Positions 1 to 10,951 of a stretch of DNA of 64,000 nt are shown here, one piece after another. Position numbers and translations under genes: made by a program. The stretch is from positions 1,504,001 to 1,568,000 of the forward strand of contig OZ242376.1 of the NCBI GenBank assembly GCA_965209085.1, written 5' to 3'. How positions within the stretch are numbered: position 1 is the first letter of the stretch; each line of letters starts with the position of its first letter. The DNA comes from Nitrosopumilaceae archaeon (GTDB lineage Archaea; Thermoproteota; Nitrososphaeria; Nitrososphaerales; Nitrosopumilaceae). Below the pieces are notes generated by a model, which saw nothing but the letters and a program-made list of their open reading frames with translations, was not told the origin of the DNA and did not search any database.

Positions 1-3000
1 TCAGTGTTTAGAATTTGAGTCGTATGGGTTGTAATGGTATAATTTACCGTCAACAGTAGAATCAGATCATCGCCTGCTTTGGCGTATGATTTGTTGGAAT
101 TGGCAGATGTTATGGTAAACGCTGTGATACCAATTGGCGGTGCATCCTGTACGATAACATTCCGTGTTATGGTAGATCCTGTATTACCTGCAGGATCAAC
201 AGGTGCAGTATAAGTGAGGGTATAGTTGTCAGCTGTTGCAATATCTACAGTGCCAGCTCCGGATACCTGTACGCTACCTGTTGCATATGATGCATCAGAT
301 GCTGTGGCGTTTTTATCCACATATGTGGAATTTGTGAAAACTAGAGTATTGTTTGCACCGTTTAATGTTATACTAGGTGCAGTTGTATCTATGGCAATAT
401 TTGATCCAGTCAGATTTGTATCTGTAAATATTTTATATGCAAGATTATCCGCGTTGGATGCGTTAATTGAAAATGTGACGCTGGCAGTATCAATAAAGGT
501 TCCATCAACTGTTACCGTAGCTGATGCACTATCACCGGTGGTAGTATATGTGACAGAATTGCCTGCAATTACTCCTGTAACATTACCAATCGTGCCGTTT
601 GCAACAAGCGTTACTGTAATCACATCCCCGTCTTTGGCAAAAGAGGTGTTTACATTGTTGTTTGATTCAATTGTCAGCGAATTCAGACCCAGAGGTTTTG
701 CCAATACTGTAACGGTTCTAGTTTGTTGATCCGGCTCGTTACCTGCAACATCCGCAGTGCCAGTATATGTAATGTTTTGTGGGCCAAGTATCGTGGTGTT
801 TAATGACGTGGCAGATACTAAACCCGCATATGAGGCATTGCCACTATCGGATATTGCAGTACCCGGTTCCAGATATGCATCTCCCTGGAGTACAGAATCT
901 GCACCGCCAGTCAAAACAATTACGGGTTTTATCGTATCTATTGTGACAAACGAGCCGTCTGTGATGTCAGCATTTGTTAATGAAATTATGTTTCCAGTGG
1001 AATTTGTGGCACTAAATGAAAATGCAGCGTTTTCATTTGTGTCATTAGACTGGACAGTTGCAGTAAATTCAACAGAGCCGCCAGTTATAATACTAGACAA
1101 CGATCTTCCAAGCAATGTTCCAGTGATATTGCCCAAATCGGAACCATCCGTGGCAAGTGTGAGGGTTATAATTTTGCCTGCATTTGCAAAATTGGTGCCT
1201 GATGAGCTTGCAATACTTAGCGAGTTGATTGTAATTGGTTCAACGTCAACCACTGTAACTGTACGGGATATGCTATCTCCGAGATTTCCTGCATTATCAT
1301 CATCTGCCTTGTACGTGTAAACAAAAACAGCGCCAAGTATGCTGGTATCAAGTGTGGTGTTTACTTGGGAGGTGTAAGTGCCCGAATAGTTTGGATCACC
1401 GTCTTTTGCAGTGGCACCCGGATCTGTATATGCGCTGTTTAAAACTATGGTTCCGTTTGCAGATCCTATCAGGGTTATGTTTGGTGATATGGTGTCGACA
1501 AATACGTTGGAGTCGGGCAGATCGTTTTGTGTAAACGTACGTACATGTCCGCTCACACTTTCAACATTAATGGCAAATGTGGCAGGACCGTTTGGTGCGT
1601 TCGTTGCAACCGTGGTATTGGCATCAACATTTCTGTCTGATGATACTGGTTGAACATTTACGCCAAGGATTGTGACAGTAACACTAGTCAAAGATTCATC
1701 ACTAGTCAGATTTATTCTCAAAGTATCGCCTGATTTTGCATAAGAGGGATTTGTATTGGTGCTTGTGATGGTTAGATTTTCAGCAAGTACTGTTTCATAT
1801 ACTATTGTGGCATTTGTGGCATTTGGCGTGCCGTTTGCAAAATCAGCAATTGATCCAACAAGATTGACAAAATATGCATTGCCAATTGTAAGCGTATCAG
1901 TTGTGAGGTATATTGTGTCACCACGAGTTAAAACGTCAGATACGGTAATAGAGTCGTTTATTGTAAAATCTTGGACCGATACTGTGGTATAGTTTATCAC
2001 TTTATCAAACGTCATTATTATTGTATTAGCATCAAAAACACGTGCCGAATCTAGTATTGGTTTTTCATTATCATATTCATATACTATAGTTCCTAGTGGC
2101 ACACTGTTACCGTCAAGATCGAATATATCACCAGTTATGTTTATGTATAAAGAATCTGTAGTGCGAACATATCCAACTAGGGTAGTTTTATCATCAGCAG
2201 AAAAAAAAAGTTTAAAAATGGAAGGATTGAAGAGATTGCCAGATAGATCGTACAGGGTTATACTATCTAAACTTGGTGTAGCATTTAGTGGCTCATCAAA
2301 TACAATAGTTTTAGCTATACTGTCGTAAATACTGGTTCCTCTTATACCATTGTGCACAAAAATCGGTGTTGGGGCAAGACGATCTTTTGTATCGCTAAAG
2401 CTATAATGCACTATGTAACTAGAGCTAGCATACACTAGGTTACTAAATCCAAGAGTATCTGTCAGAGGCGTACTAATGATGACTGATGACGGTGTATAAT
2501 TAGAAGAAAACTGTTCGGTTATAACTTGCAAGGTTGTATCATTTATTTTTACAACATTCTTTATGTCCAAATCATCAACAGTGATCAAAGATTTTTCAAA
2601 TGTTGTTTGGGTAAATGGTTCATGATATACAATATCAATTGCGTTAATATCCGTAGTATATGCGGATATAATTACAGGTCCAAAGCCATCACGGGCAACT
2701 GCCGTATTAGATTGTGATACAGTATTGCCCAATTTATCCGCAATTGATGCGGGATATGTTACATTCGGTAATGTGAAAAGTGAGTCTTCTAGTTGCAAAA
2801 TTATACTGTCATTTACGATACGTATAGATGAAATTGCATTGGCAGGATCAATCGTAAAGTCGTTTGGACTCAAATACAATGTATCATCCAACATTTCACT
2901 AAATTGTATGTTTATGTGATTAACATCAGTAGCCACAGTATCGATGTATTCTGGAGGTACTCTATCTGCGGCTGTAACAGTGGTACCATTATTCACCAAT

Positions 3001-5525
3001 ATACTGCCTATTGCAAGATTTGTAGAGTGTGATGAATCATATACGACAATATGCGATCCAAATGTTTCAGGTATGCCAGATATGCTGATGGTTATTACAT
3101 TCCCGCTACTAGTCCACGAATTTACTGTAGCACCTGTTACTCTAAACGCGTTACTGTCAGTATTATCGGTACTCAAGGATGCGTTAAAATTTAATGTAAT
3201 GGTGTTTTTAGATGTACGAAATGCCGTAATTCCCACATTTTCTGCTGTTGTGAAACTGCTATGACGTATTTCGGCGGCATTGCCAGTTTGATCCAATACA
3301 TCATCAACTATGGTTATCTTGTTTATTACATCGGCTGCAAAAATACCGCTGCTCTGTAATGTAACCACGGCGCCTGCAACAGAGACGGTACCGGCATGTA
3401 CAGCATCGTTTATGACAAAGTCCTCTGCGCTAACCGATGATGCATCAATATCACGGTGAAATGTCATAGTAAATGTTCCAGGAGGTTGTAAGGTGACATT
3501 TAGAATGTACGGTTTTATCGATATGTCCAAGTCGGTGGTCAAATCAATACCGTTGACAGTTATGTAATTTGTCGCATCAGGTCTATAGTGAATGGTATCG
3601 ATATTTTTATAATTTGGATCAACTGTAATATTGACTGTAGGGCCAAGTCGGTTTAATACAACTACTGTACCAGAATTCAGTCCTGTACTTGTCAAACCAA
3701 TGTCATCATAGCCATCATTGTGTACGTCGCCAAAATTTACTACTGCGGTTCCTAAATCAAAATATGCGTTTGTCAGATTACCAGTACTTGGATCAATATG
3801 TTCTTGAAACAAATATTCAGGCATATTTGGAGGAGTTGAATAATTAAAGTATTTTCGGAATGTTTCAAGATCATCCGCTGCTGCATTTGCAATTATGTTA
3901 GCGGTTCCAAGTTCGTTTTCATGTCTGTCAATCTGAAATTTAACTGAATGCTGAATGGTATTATCCGAATTCATATAGAGAATATAAGCTCCTCCAATTA
4001 TATTCAAATTCGCATATCCTACAAGGAGATCGTTTACGCCATCACCGTTTAGATCCCCCATGTTTTCTAGCGAATCTCCAAATGAGCCTTTATTTCCAGA
4101 CGTTCCTGACTCCTCTTCCCCGTCTATGTTATAATTGCGCGGGTTTAGAATCAAGTTTGGTGATGTTTCATTTATAATATTCACAGTTGAAACAGTTGTA
4201 GCATTATTTATCAAGGTGAAAATGTAAATATATCCGAATTTATTATCAAAATCTATACCATCGTAAGGTGAACCAACAGCAAGGACTATTGTACCGTTAT
4301 CATACGTTTCAAGTAATTCCACACTAGTACCAAATCTATCGTTAAACTCAAGATTCAATCCGTTAGTTAAAGGCTCTATATTTGTCACATTTAGAATTGA
4401 TGTGGCGTTTTCTCCCATATGGAATATAAACACGGATCCCAAAGGTAAGGGAGGAGTGGCTTCTAGATCAGGATATCCTGACGCACCTATAGCTAAATCA
4501 GGTACGCCGTTATTATCAACATCTCCTATGTTTGCTAAAGAAATACCAAAAAATGTGGTGGATAGAGTTCTTATCCCTTCAGGGTATATATTATCAATGA
4601 ATATTTCAAATGAATCTAGTATATGTTTGCCATCACTACTAATATGTAAAATTAATACCATACCTATCGAAGTGGTATTAGCATAAGTTTTTTGGGATGC
4701 GCCAACTGCCAAGACGGTAGTGCCATCATTGTACACATCACCAAGTGTTACAATAGCACTGCCAAGTCCAGCATCATAATCTAAACGTGGATCATTTATC
4801 AAATTAGGCATGTTTGGAGTAGTATGATCAAATTTTATGCTTGATTTTATTGTGCCATCATCATTCATCAACATTATGTAAAATGCGCCCCTGTCTCTTC
4901 TTGTGAATTCATAATCAACCTGAAGACTACCATTAATGAATGTATGAATCAGATCACCCTCTCCAGTCGCCCCGATTCCAATATCAGATATTCCGTCTCC
5001 GTCAATATCTCCCAAATCGGATATTGAATCACCTAGCGTTGATCCTTGGTTATACAATCTAGCATAAGGAGGAATAAATTGTACAGGATCCACCAAGTCT
5101 GGACCGTTTACCGTATCATTATCAATATATGATATGGCTACGTGTTCGTGTGCAAACCATGATGTAGAGTTTGCATTTGTTATAGCAGAATTGTTCTTGT
5201 ATGTTCCAGTTACTGTAAAGATATTATTTGGAAAATTAAATGGAACTTCATCAGATTCGGCAACAAGCGAAAAAGACGGTGTGTCATTTACGGTTGCTTT
5301 AATTAATATTGTACCATGTGTAAATTGTGACGCAGTAAGTATTACATCACCATCGGTGGCAGCAGTGGTCTGGGCAAGAGAAACACTATCTTTAGGAATA
5401 TCATATACTATACGATTATCATTTGACTTAAAAGTTAATCCCTCAGCGGCATCGACACTTGCAAATGGCGAGATGAACGGTAAAGGTGATAAGAGAGCCA
5501 AAGCAAATATGACTACAGCGTACAT
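1..5525 (-). CDS. Giant secreted surface protein/adhesin with FG-GAP repeats, Ig-like and DUF5011-like repeats; 3' end lies outside the window (>1840 aa)
   Basis: Manual translation from ATG 5525 gives signal peptide MYAVVIFALALLSPLPFISPFASVDA, FG-GAP motifs (LGDIDGDGISDIGIGA, IGDVDNNGVPDLAIGA, MGDLNGDGVNDLLVG), then repeats such as YTLTYTAPVDPAGN and SYAKAGD. Same frame at both ends; absent from the ORF track, consistent with no stop in the window. Confidence 0.88.
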   Translation of the reverse strand, partial: MYAVVIFALALLSPLPFISPFASVDAAEGLTFKSNDNRIVYDIPKDSVSLAQTTAATDGDVILTASQFTHGTILIKATVNDTPSFSLVAESDEVPFNFPNNIFTVTGTYKNNSAITNANSTSWFAHEHVAISYIDNDTVNGPDLVDPVQFIPPYARLYNQGSTLGDSISDLGDIDGDGISDIGIGATGEGDLIHTFINGSLQVDYEFTRRDRGAFYIMLMNDDGTIKSSIKFDHTTPNMPNLINDPRLDYDAGLGSAIVTLGDVYNDGTTVLAVGASQKTYANTTSIGMVLILHISSDGKHILDSFEIFIDNIYPEGIRTLSTTFFGISLANIGDVDNNGVPDLAIGASGYPDLEATPPLPLGSVFIFHMGENATSILNVTNIEPLTNGLNLEFNDRFGTSVELLETYDNGTIVLAVGSPYDGIDFDNKFGYIYIFTLINNATTVSTVNIINETSPNLILNPRNYNIDGEEESGTSGNKGSFGDSLENMGDLNGDGVNDLLVGYANLNIIGGAYILYMNSDNTIQHSVKFQIDRHENELGTANIIANAAADDLETFRKYFNYSTPPNMPEYLFQEHIDPSTGNLTNAYFDLGTAVVNFGDVHNDGYDDIGLTSTGLNSGTVVVLNRLGPTVNITVDPNYKNIDTIHYRPDATNYITVNGIDLTTDLDISIKPYILNVTLQPPGTFTMTFHRDIDASSVSAEDFVINDAVHAGTVSVAGAVVTLQSSGIFAADVINKITIVDDVLDQTGNAAEIRHSSFTTAENVGITAFRTSKNTITLNFNASLSTDNTDSNAFRVTGATVNSWTSSGNVITISISGIPETFGSHIVVYDSSHSTNLAIGSILVNNGTTVTAADRVPPEYIDTVATDVNHINIQFSEMLDDTLYLSPNDFTIDPANAISSIRIVNDSIILQLEDSLFTLPNVTYPASIADKLGNTVSQSNTAVARDGFGPVIISAYTTDINAIDIVYHEPFTQTTFEKSLITVDDLDIKNVVKINDTTLQVITEQFSSNYTPSSVIISTPLTDTLGFSNLVYASSSYIVHYSFSDTKDRLAPTPIFVHNGIRGTSIYDSIAKTIVFDEPLNATPSLDSITLYDLSGNLFNPSIFKLFFSADDKTTLVGYVRTTDSLYINITGDIFDLDGNSVPLGTIVYEYDNEKPILDSARVFDANTIIMTFDKVINYTTVSVQDFTINDSITVSDVLTRGDTIYLTTDTLTIGNAYFVNLVGSIADFANGTPNATNATIVYETVLAENLTITSTNTNPSYAKSGDTLRINLTSDESLTSVTVTILGVNVQPVSSDRNVDANTTVATNAPNGPATFAINVESVSGHVRTFTQNDLPDSNVFVDTISPNITLIGSANGTIVLNSAYTDPGATAKDGDPNYSGTYTSQVNTTLDTSILGAVFVYTYKADDDNAGNLGDSISRTVTVVDVEPITINSLSIASSSGTNFANAGKIITLTLATDGSDLGNITGTLLGRSLSSIITGGSVEFTATVQSNDTNENAAFSFSATNSTGNIISLTNADITDGSFVTIDTIKPVIVLTGGADSVLQGDAYLEPGTAISDSGNASYAGLVSATSLNTTILGPQNITYTGTADVAGNEPDQQTRTVTVLAKPLGLNSLTIESNNNVNTSFAKDGDVITVTLVANGTIGNVTGVIAGNSVTYTTTGDSASATVTVDGTFIDTASVTFSINASNADNLAYKIFTDTNLTGSNIAIDTTAPSITLNGANNTLVFTNSTYVDKNATASDASYATGSVQVSGAGTVDIATADNYTLTYTAPVDPAGNTGSTITRNVIVQDAPPIGITAFTITSANSNKSYAKAGDDLILLLTVNYTITTHTTQILNT

Positions 5526-5683
5526 ATTCTAAATTTCATTAATTATATTATAAAAGTCTATCTAATATTTTTATGCAAGATCGGCACTTTTGCCATCATC
5601 TTGTATAGGCCATTTTACAGCATTTAAATTTCTGCGTACATCCAAGGTGGGAGTTTAATAATGTCAGATCACATATTGACATA

Positions 5684-6763
5684 TTGGATGTTTTGATAAA
5701 CGCGCCAGCAATAGGCAAAGAAGAGATACGCGCCGTAGTTGAGGTGTTAGAATCAGGCATTCTAACATCAGCTGCAAGATTTGGAGGTCCAACCGTCCGC
5801 GATCTAGAAAATGCCGCATGCGGTTTTGTAAAATCAAAATATGCAGTGGCGGTCAATTCCGGCACTGCTGCACTGCAGTGTGCGCTTTATGCTTTAGGAG
5901 TCGGACCTGGCAAAGAGGTTCTTATTCCGTCGTTTACTTTTGTTGCAACTGCAAATGCGGTGATTTCAACTGGGGCAACACCGGTATTTGTGGATATTTT
6001 GCCAGAGAATTGTACAATGGATCCAAAAGATCTTTGTGCAAAAATAACACCAAAGTCATGTGCAATAATTCCGGTTCACCTGTATGGAAGAATGGCGCAC
6101 ATGGAAAAGATATGCAGCATTGCATCAGAGAATAATCTCAAAATTATAGAGGATGCAGCACAAGCTTTGGGTTCAAAATTGAACGGAAAATACGCCGGAA
6201 CTATTGCAGATGCTGGATGTTTTAGTTTGTATCCGGGAAAGATCATAACATCCGGTGAGGGAGGGCTTGTGGTTATGGATGATGAACGCACATACGATGC
6301 AATTTTAAAAATACGCAACCACGGAATGATCAAAGGGTATGATACAGAAACGTTTGGTCTCAATCTTAGGATGACAGAATTTGCCGCAGCAATAGGCAAA
6401 GTACAGTTTGGTAAACTTGGAAATTTTATACTTGCACGCACAAAAAATGCTAAACTTTTGACAGAGTTGCTAAAAGATACGCGTGTAAACACTCCGGTAT
6501 TGCGCAAAGGAGAAGAGTCCAACTGGGGACTGTACACCGTCACATTAGATGAGCGTGATAAAGCGCTTGCTGCATTAAATAAAGCCAGAATCAGAGCTGC
6601 AGTCTACTACCCAACGCCCGTACACCGCCTGCCATTTTACGCATCCAAAGTAAAGCTGCATACAACAGACTGGGCAGCAAAACATGTTTTATCACTGCCA
6701 GTACATCCTAGAGTTAAAAGAGAGGATCTTGAACGCATGGCTGACATTTTGGCAAAATTTTAA
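5684..6763 (+). CDS. DegT/DnrJ/EryC1/StrS PLP-dependent sugar aminotransferase
   Basis: NSGTAAL, IIEDAAQA and SLYPGKIITSGEGG (PLP lysine) motifs. Confidence 0.92.
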   Translation: MDVLINAPAIGKEEIRAVVEVLESGILTSAARFGGPTVRDLENAACGFVKSKYAVAVNSGTAALQCALYALGVGPGKEVLIPSFTFVATANAVISTGATPVFVDILPENCTMDPKDLCAKITPKSCAIIPVHLYGRMAHMEKICSIASENNLKIIEDAAQALGSKLNGKYAGTIADAGCFSLYPGKIITSGEGGLVVMDDERTYDAILKIRNHGMIKGYDTETFGLNLRMTEFAAAIGKVQFGKLGNFILARTKNAKLLTELLKDTRVNTPVLRKGEESNWGLYTVTLDERDKALAALNKARIRAAVYYPTPVHRLPFYASKVKLHTTDWAAKHVLSLPVHPRVKREDLERMADILAKF

Positions 6764-6916
6764 CCCACATGCGTTTCATATATGATATGCCATAATATTT
6801 GGCGCAATCAGGATTTATGAGAATCAAATCTGAAATTTCAAGGGGATATATTCTGGTGAGGCCAAATATGTCAAATTTTAGGTCATGATGTGCCAACAGT
6901 ATATCCCATAGGGAAT

Positions 6917-9088
6917 TTATCTAAAATACGTGGCCGCCACAGTCTGACCGGCCTTTAGGTCTTTTTGTTCGCGCACTTTTTTGACAGCCTCTTCAAAGTG
7001 GCGCATGGTAACTTTGGCATCCACGGTTTTATTTTCCACAGCCTTTACGTCTGGATGGCTGTCAAGATATTCATGTATGACAAGGGAGACGGCTGTGTTT
7101 GCAATAGAGCCCACGTCAGCTCCGCTCAACCCGTCAGTCATCTCTGCAATGCGGTCCAAATCCACGTGCTCGTCTACAACGTCGATTATTTTGGAGTTTA
7201 TCTCCAAAATTTTCTTGCGGCTCTCCCTGTCTGGCATTGGTATCTGTATAATCTTGTCAAATCTGCCAGGACGAAGCAGTGCCGGATCAATCATGTCCAC
7301 GCGGTTTGTGGCGGCAAGAACCACCACGCCGTGCATGTTTTCCATTCCGTCAAGCTCAGTAAGCAGTTGGCTTACGACTCTTTCCACCATGGATGTCTCC
7401 CCGCCGGCTCCGCGCACGGGTGCAATAGAGTCAATCTCATCAAAGAATATCACGCACGGGGATGCCTGTCGCGCCCTGCGGAATATTTCCCGTATGCCCC
7501 TCTCTGATTCGCCTACCCATTTTGAGAGCAATTCAGGTCCGCGCACTGAGACAAAGTTTGCCTCACTCTCGGTGGCAACTGCCTTTGCAAGCAGGGTTTT
7601 TCCAGTTCCGCTAATGCCATGCAACAATATTCCACGGGGCATGCGGTGACCCAGTTTTTCATACAGTCCGGGATATTTCATGGGCCATTCCACGGCCTCT
7701 TGCAGTTCTCTTTTCACATCATCAAGACCTCCCACCTCATCCCATTTGACGTCAGGATTTTCGATAAAGACTTCGCGCATACCGGATGGTGTCACCTCTT
7801 TGAGCGCTTTTTGAAAGTCACTGCCGATTACGATCAGTTTGTCAAGCGTCTCTGGAGGCATCTTTTCATCATCCAAGGTTATCTCTGGCAACAATCGGCG
7901 CAGGCACTTCATGGCAGCCTCTTTACAGAGATATTCAAGATCTGCTCCAACATATCCGTGTGTTACAGCAGCTATTTTGATACGATCCACATCATCTGAG
8001 AGGGGCATGTTGCGGGTATGTATTGCAAGTATGGACATGCGTCCTTTTTTATCCGGCACTTTAATCTCAATCTCCCTATCAAACCGTCCGGGCCGTCTCA
8101 ATGCCGGGTCTATGGCATTTGGTCTGTTTGTAGCTGATATTACAATCACTTTACCTCTAGCCTCCAATCCGTCCATTAAGGAGAGCATTTGCGATACAAC
8201 CCTGCGCTCCACCTCGCCGGATACCTCTTCCCTTTTTGGCGCAATCGAATCAATCTCATCTATGAATATTATTGACGGGGATTTTTCACGCGCCTCTTTG
8301 AATATTTCGCGGAGCCGCGCCTCGCTCTCGCCGTAGAATTTGCTCATAATTTCAGGACCGGATATGCTGATAAAATGCGCATTGCTCTCGTTTGCCACAG
8401 CTTTTGCCAGCATTGTCTTTCCCGTTCCCGGAGGACCGTACAGTAGAATTCCTTTTGGCGCCTCTATGCCAAGTTTTTCAAATATTTCAGGATGTCGCAG
8501 CGGCAGCTCTATCATTTCGCGGACTTTGGTTATCTCATCTGTCAAACCTCCAATGTCCTCGTATGTAACCTGCGGTACGCCCCGAAGTGCTTCCCCTTTT
8601 TCTGCAATATGAAATACGGTTTTTTGTGTTACAAGTACTGCATCAGTTGCAGGTGTGACGCCGATTATCTGAAATGTAAGCCGGCCGCCAAAGTACGGCA
8701 CCATTACGTTATCACCTTTTATGAGCGGAACGCTCTCCAAAGCGTCGGCAAGATATCTCTCATCTATTGGAGGAATTGCCTCCAACGGTGCGACGACAAT
8801 TTTTTCTGCCTGTACTGCTTTTATTTTTTTGACAGATATTGCATCGCCTATTGCAATGCCAGAGTTGTTTCTTCCCAGTCCGTCTATGCGGATTATTCCC
8901 TTGCCCTCATCAGATGGATATAGTGGCAGGCATTTTGCAACCGTGCGTCTTTTACCTTTGATCTCTATTACATCGCCAGTTGAGGCGCCAAGGTTGTCCA
9001 TGGAGTCATAATCTATTCTAGCGACACCTCTGCCTACGTCCCTAGTATATGCCTCCAAGACCTTCAAAGAGAGGGGGTTTTGACTCAT
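6917..9088 (-). CDS. cdc48: CDC48/VCP AAA+ ATPase
   Basis: N-domain plus two AAA modules (GPPGTGKT; GISGTGKT), DEID Walker B, RPGRFD. Confidence 0.97.
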   Translation of the reverse strand: MSQNPLSLKVLEAYTRDVGRGVARIDYDSMDNLGASTGDVIEIKGKRRTVAKCLPLYPSDEGKGIIRIDGLGRNNSGIAIGDAISVKKIKAVQAEKIVVAPLEAIPPIDERYLADALESVPLIKGDNVMVPYFGGRLTFQIIGVTPATDAVLVTQKTVFHIAEKGEALRGVPQVTYEDIGGLTDEITKVREMIELPLRHPEIFEKLGIEAPKGILLYGPPGTGKTMLAKAVANESNAHFISISGPEIMSKFYGESEARLREIFKEAREKSPSIIFIDEIDSIAPKREEVSGEVERRVVSQMLSLMDGLEARGKVIVISATNRPNAIDPALRRPGRFDREIEIKVPDKKGRMSILAIHTRNMPLSDDVDRIKIAAVTHGYVGADLEYLCKEAAMKCLRRLLPEITLDDEKMPPETLDKLIVIGSDFQKALKEVTPSGMREVFIENPDVKWDEVGGLDDVKRELQEAVEWPMKYPGLYEKLGHRMPRGILLHGISGTGKTLLAKAVATESEANFVSVRGPELLSKWVGESERGIREIFRRARQASPCVIFFDEIDSIAPVRGAGGETSMVERVVSQLLTELDGMENMHGVVVLAATNRVDMIDPALLRPGRFDKIIQIPMPDRESRKKILEINSKIIDVVDEHVDLDRIAEMTDGLSGADVGSIANTAVSLVIHEYLDSHPDVKAVENKTVDAKVTMRHFEEAVKKVREQKDLKAGQTVAATYFR

Positions 9089-9184
9089 ACATAAAACACG
9101 TCTAGTGGATTTTTATATCTTTAGTGATGGGATGATAGGGGTTGAATTGGCAGTTTTGCAGGCACATTTACCCATAATTTGCGT

Positions 9185-9260
9185 GTATGAGGTCAGCACC
9201 TCGTACTATTTTGTGCCTACATCTTCATTTATTGCATAAATTCTAGGCATGACGTGACAC
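9185..9260. mobile_element. 76-bp MITE with IS66-like ends
   Basis: Begins GTATGAGGTCA; flanked by a perfect 8-bp duplication ATTTGCGT (9177-9184 and 9261-9268); related sequence at 21405-21470, 27382-27416 and 29048-29101. Confidence 0.8.
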
Positions 9261-9310
9261 ATTTGCGTTCCCACAAGCTTAAAATCAGTTGAAATAGGGT
9301 GTACGTATCT

Positions 9311-10045
9311 ATGGGTAAAAGACCACTAGTGCGCAGAAGGGGTCGCGGAGGCAAACAGTTTAGAGCGACCATAACTGGCAAGATTGCGGCTGCAAAATAT
9401 CCCAATTTTCAGCTAGCTGAAAACCATACAGCCACTATCATGGACATTATTCACGAACGGGGACGCGATGCCCCCCTAGCAAAGATTAAATTTGAGGACG
9501 GGGGCATATCGCACGTTCCAACGGTCCTAGGATCAGAGGTCGGATCCACGATTGATTTTGGATTAAAGTCAAAGATAGAGGACGGCAATGTAATCAGTAT
9601 TCAAAATATACCAGACGGCACTACCGTATGTAATGTAGAGAGACATTTTGGCGACGGCGGGGCACTGATAAAATCTGCCGGAACCAGCGCCACTGTATTT
9701 TCCCACAATGATCAAGGCGTGGTGTTAAAGCTCCAGTCTGGCAAATTTACGACATTGAATTCAAAAAATCGCGCAATGATAGGAACTCTTGCCGGAGGCG
9801 GCGCCGGTGAAAGACCTTTCATGAGTGCCGGCGGCAAATGGCGCAAGTTTCGCAGCAGGGGAAGAAAGTATCCAATTGTCAGAGGAGTTGCCCAGGCAGC
9901 ATATGTTCACCCGCACGGAGGAGGACGGCACCAGCATGTGGGACAAAGCTCCACTGTATCGCGCAATGCGCCTCCAGGTGCCAAAGTTGGAAGCATTGCT
10001 GCAAGAAAAACCGGCAGAGCCCGCATAAAAGAACGCAGAAATTAA
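9311..10045 (+). CDS. rpl2: 50S ribosomal protein L2
   Basis: MGKRPLVRRRGRG start, IHERGRDAPLA, VRGVAQAAYVHPHGGG. Confidence 0.97.
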   Translation: MGKRPLVRRRGRGGKQFRATITGKIAAAKYPNFQLAENHTATIMDIIHERGRDAPLAKIKFEDGGISHVPTVLGSEVGSTIDFGLKSKIEDGNVISIQNIPDGTTVCNVERHFGDGGALIKSAGTSATVFSHNDQGVVLKLQSGKFTTLNSKNRAMIGTLAGGGAGERPFMSAGGKWRKFRSRGRKYPIVRGVAQAAYVHPHGGGRHQHVGQSSTVSRNAPPGAKVGSIAARKTGRARIKERRN

Positions 10046-10079
10046 ATAAAATTTTATAGCACGTTCTTTTACTGTACGT

Positions 10080-10358
10080 GTGGAACAAATTCGCGCCCAT
10101 GTTTTTGTAACCGGCAAAGTTCAGGGTGTTTTTTTTAGACAGTCATTAAAGGTTGCCGCGCGCAAAAACAAAACCACCGGCTGGGTACGCAACTTGAAGG
10201 ATGGCCGAGTAGAGTCAGTAATTGAAGGGGAGCAATCAAATGTTGCAATAGTGATAGAATGGTGCCATGGTGGACCGGCAAATTCGCATGTCAAAGATGT
10301 TCAGATGAGCATGGAACAGTATACGGGGGAATTTGAAAAATTTGATGTGTTATACTAG
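10080..10358 (+). CDS. acyP: Acylphosphatase
   Basis: VTGKVQGVFFR and GWVRNLKDGRVE signatures. Confidence 0.93.
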   Translation: MEQIRAHVFVTGKVQGVFFRQSLKVAARKNKTTGWVRNLKDGRVESVIEGEQSNVAIVIEWCHGGPANSHVKDVQMSMEQYTGEFEKFDVLY

Positions 10359-10377
10359 TTTTCTGCATTGTAAAAAT

Positions 10378-10693
10378 GGTAGCAGATCCGCCGGTTCCAA
10401 TCCAGGTCGACAGCCCCGTTTCAAGGCGTACAAGATCCGCCACGTTGACGGGGAAGCGTGGATGCTCCAACTTAGAGCCGCTCCCTCCCGGACCTAGCCC
10501 ATTTCGATGGTTCGAATCTAAGGAACGTCCTTTAGGACGACCCCGATCCTGCAACCACCCGCCCCGGCGTGATTTCATTTCCGCACGCCAAGTGGGAACA
10601 GCCATCCTGGAAGTTTACCCAGCGGTTACTGGCCTCTGCATATAGCCGGTTTCAGAACGGGGCACGGCTAGCACCCCGACCCTACCTACTACC
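10378..10693 (-). ncRNA. ffs: Archaeal SRP (7S) RNA
   Basis: About 316 nt, GC-rich; complementary termini GGUAGUAG...CUGCUACC; helix-8 motif GCUAGGUCCGGGAGGGAGCGGC. Confidence 0.9.
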
Positions 10694-10860
10694 ATACACG
10701 TATGCGCCCTGTAGGTATATTTGCATTAGGATCGTTTTGTGAGGTTATCTTGCACGTATTGGAACATATCCTAATATCATGAAGACCAACTGATGAGTTG
10801 GTCTTGAATGATTCAAGTGTACATGGTTAGATTTGAATCAATTCATGGATCGTACAGTCA

Positions 10861-10946
10861 AATATTGCAGTGGCAGATTTATAATCAGCGGTTAAATATG
10901 ATGTGAAAATACTGCAGTAGCAGATTTATAATCAGCGGTTAAACAT
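10861..10946 (+). repeat. Tandem duplication (47-bp period) containing a TATA box upstream of the glycosyltransferase
   Basis: aatattgcagtggcagatttataatcagcggttaaatat at 10861 versus aatactgcagtagcagatttataatcagcggttaaacat at 10908. Confidence 0.8.
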
Positions 10947-10951
10947 TGGAT

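Noticed and set aside
226-5532. Plus-strand ORFs rich in Val/Ser/Thr
   Set aside because: Antisense shadows of the giant minus-strand adhesin gene.
7590-7640. Atypical Walker A (GISGTGKT) in the CDC48 D2 domain
   Set aside because: GKT is intact; within normal variation.
10291-10645. ORFs of 104 and 89 aa
   Set aside because: They overlap the GC-rich SRP RNA and show no protein motifs.
10790-10830. CTGATGAG resembling a hammerhead ribozyme core
   Set aside because: No correctly placed GAAA or three-stem junction; the motif sits in a simple hairpin.
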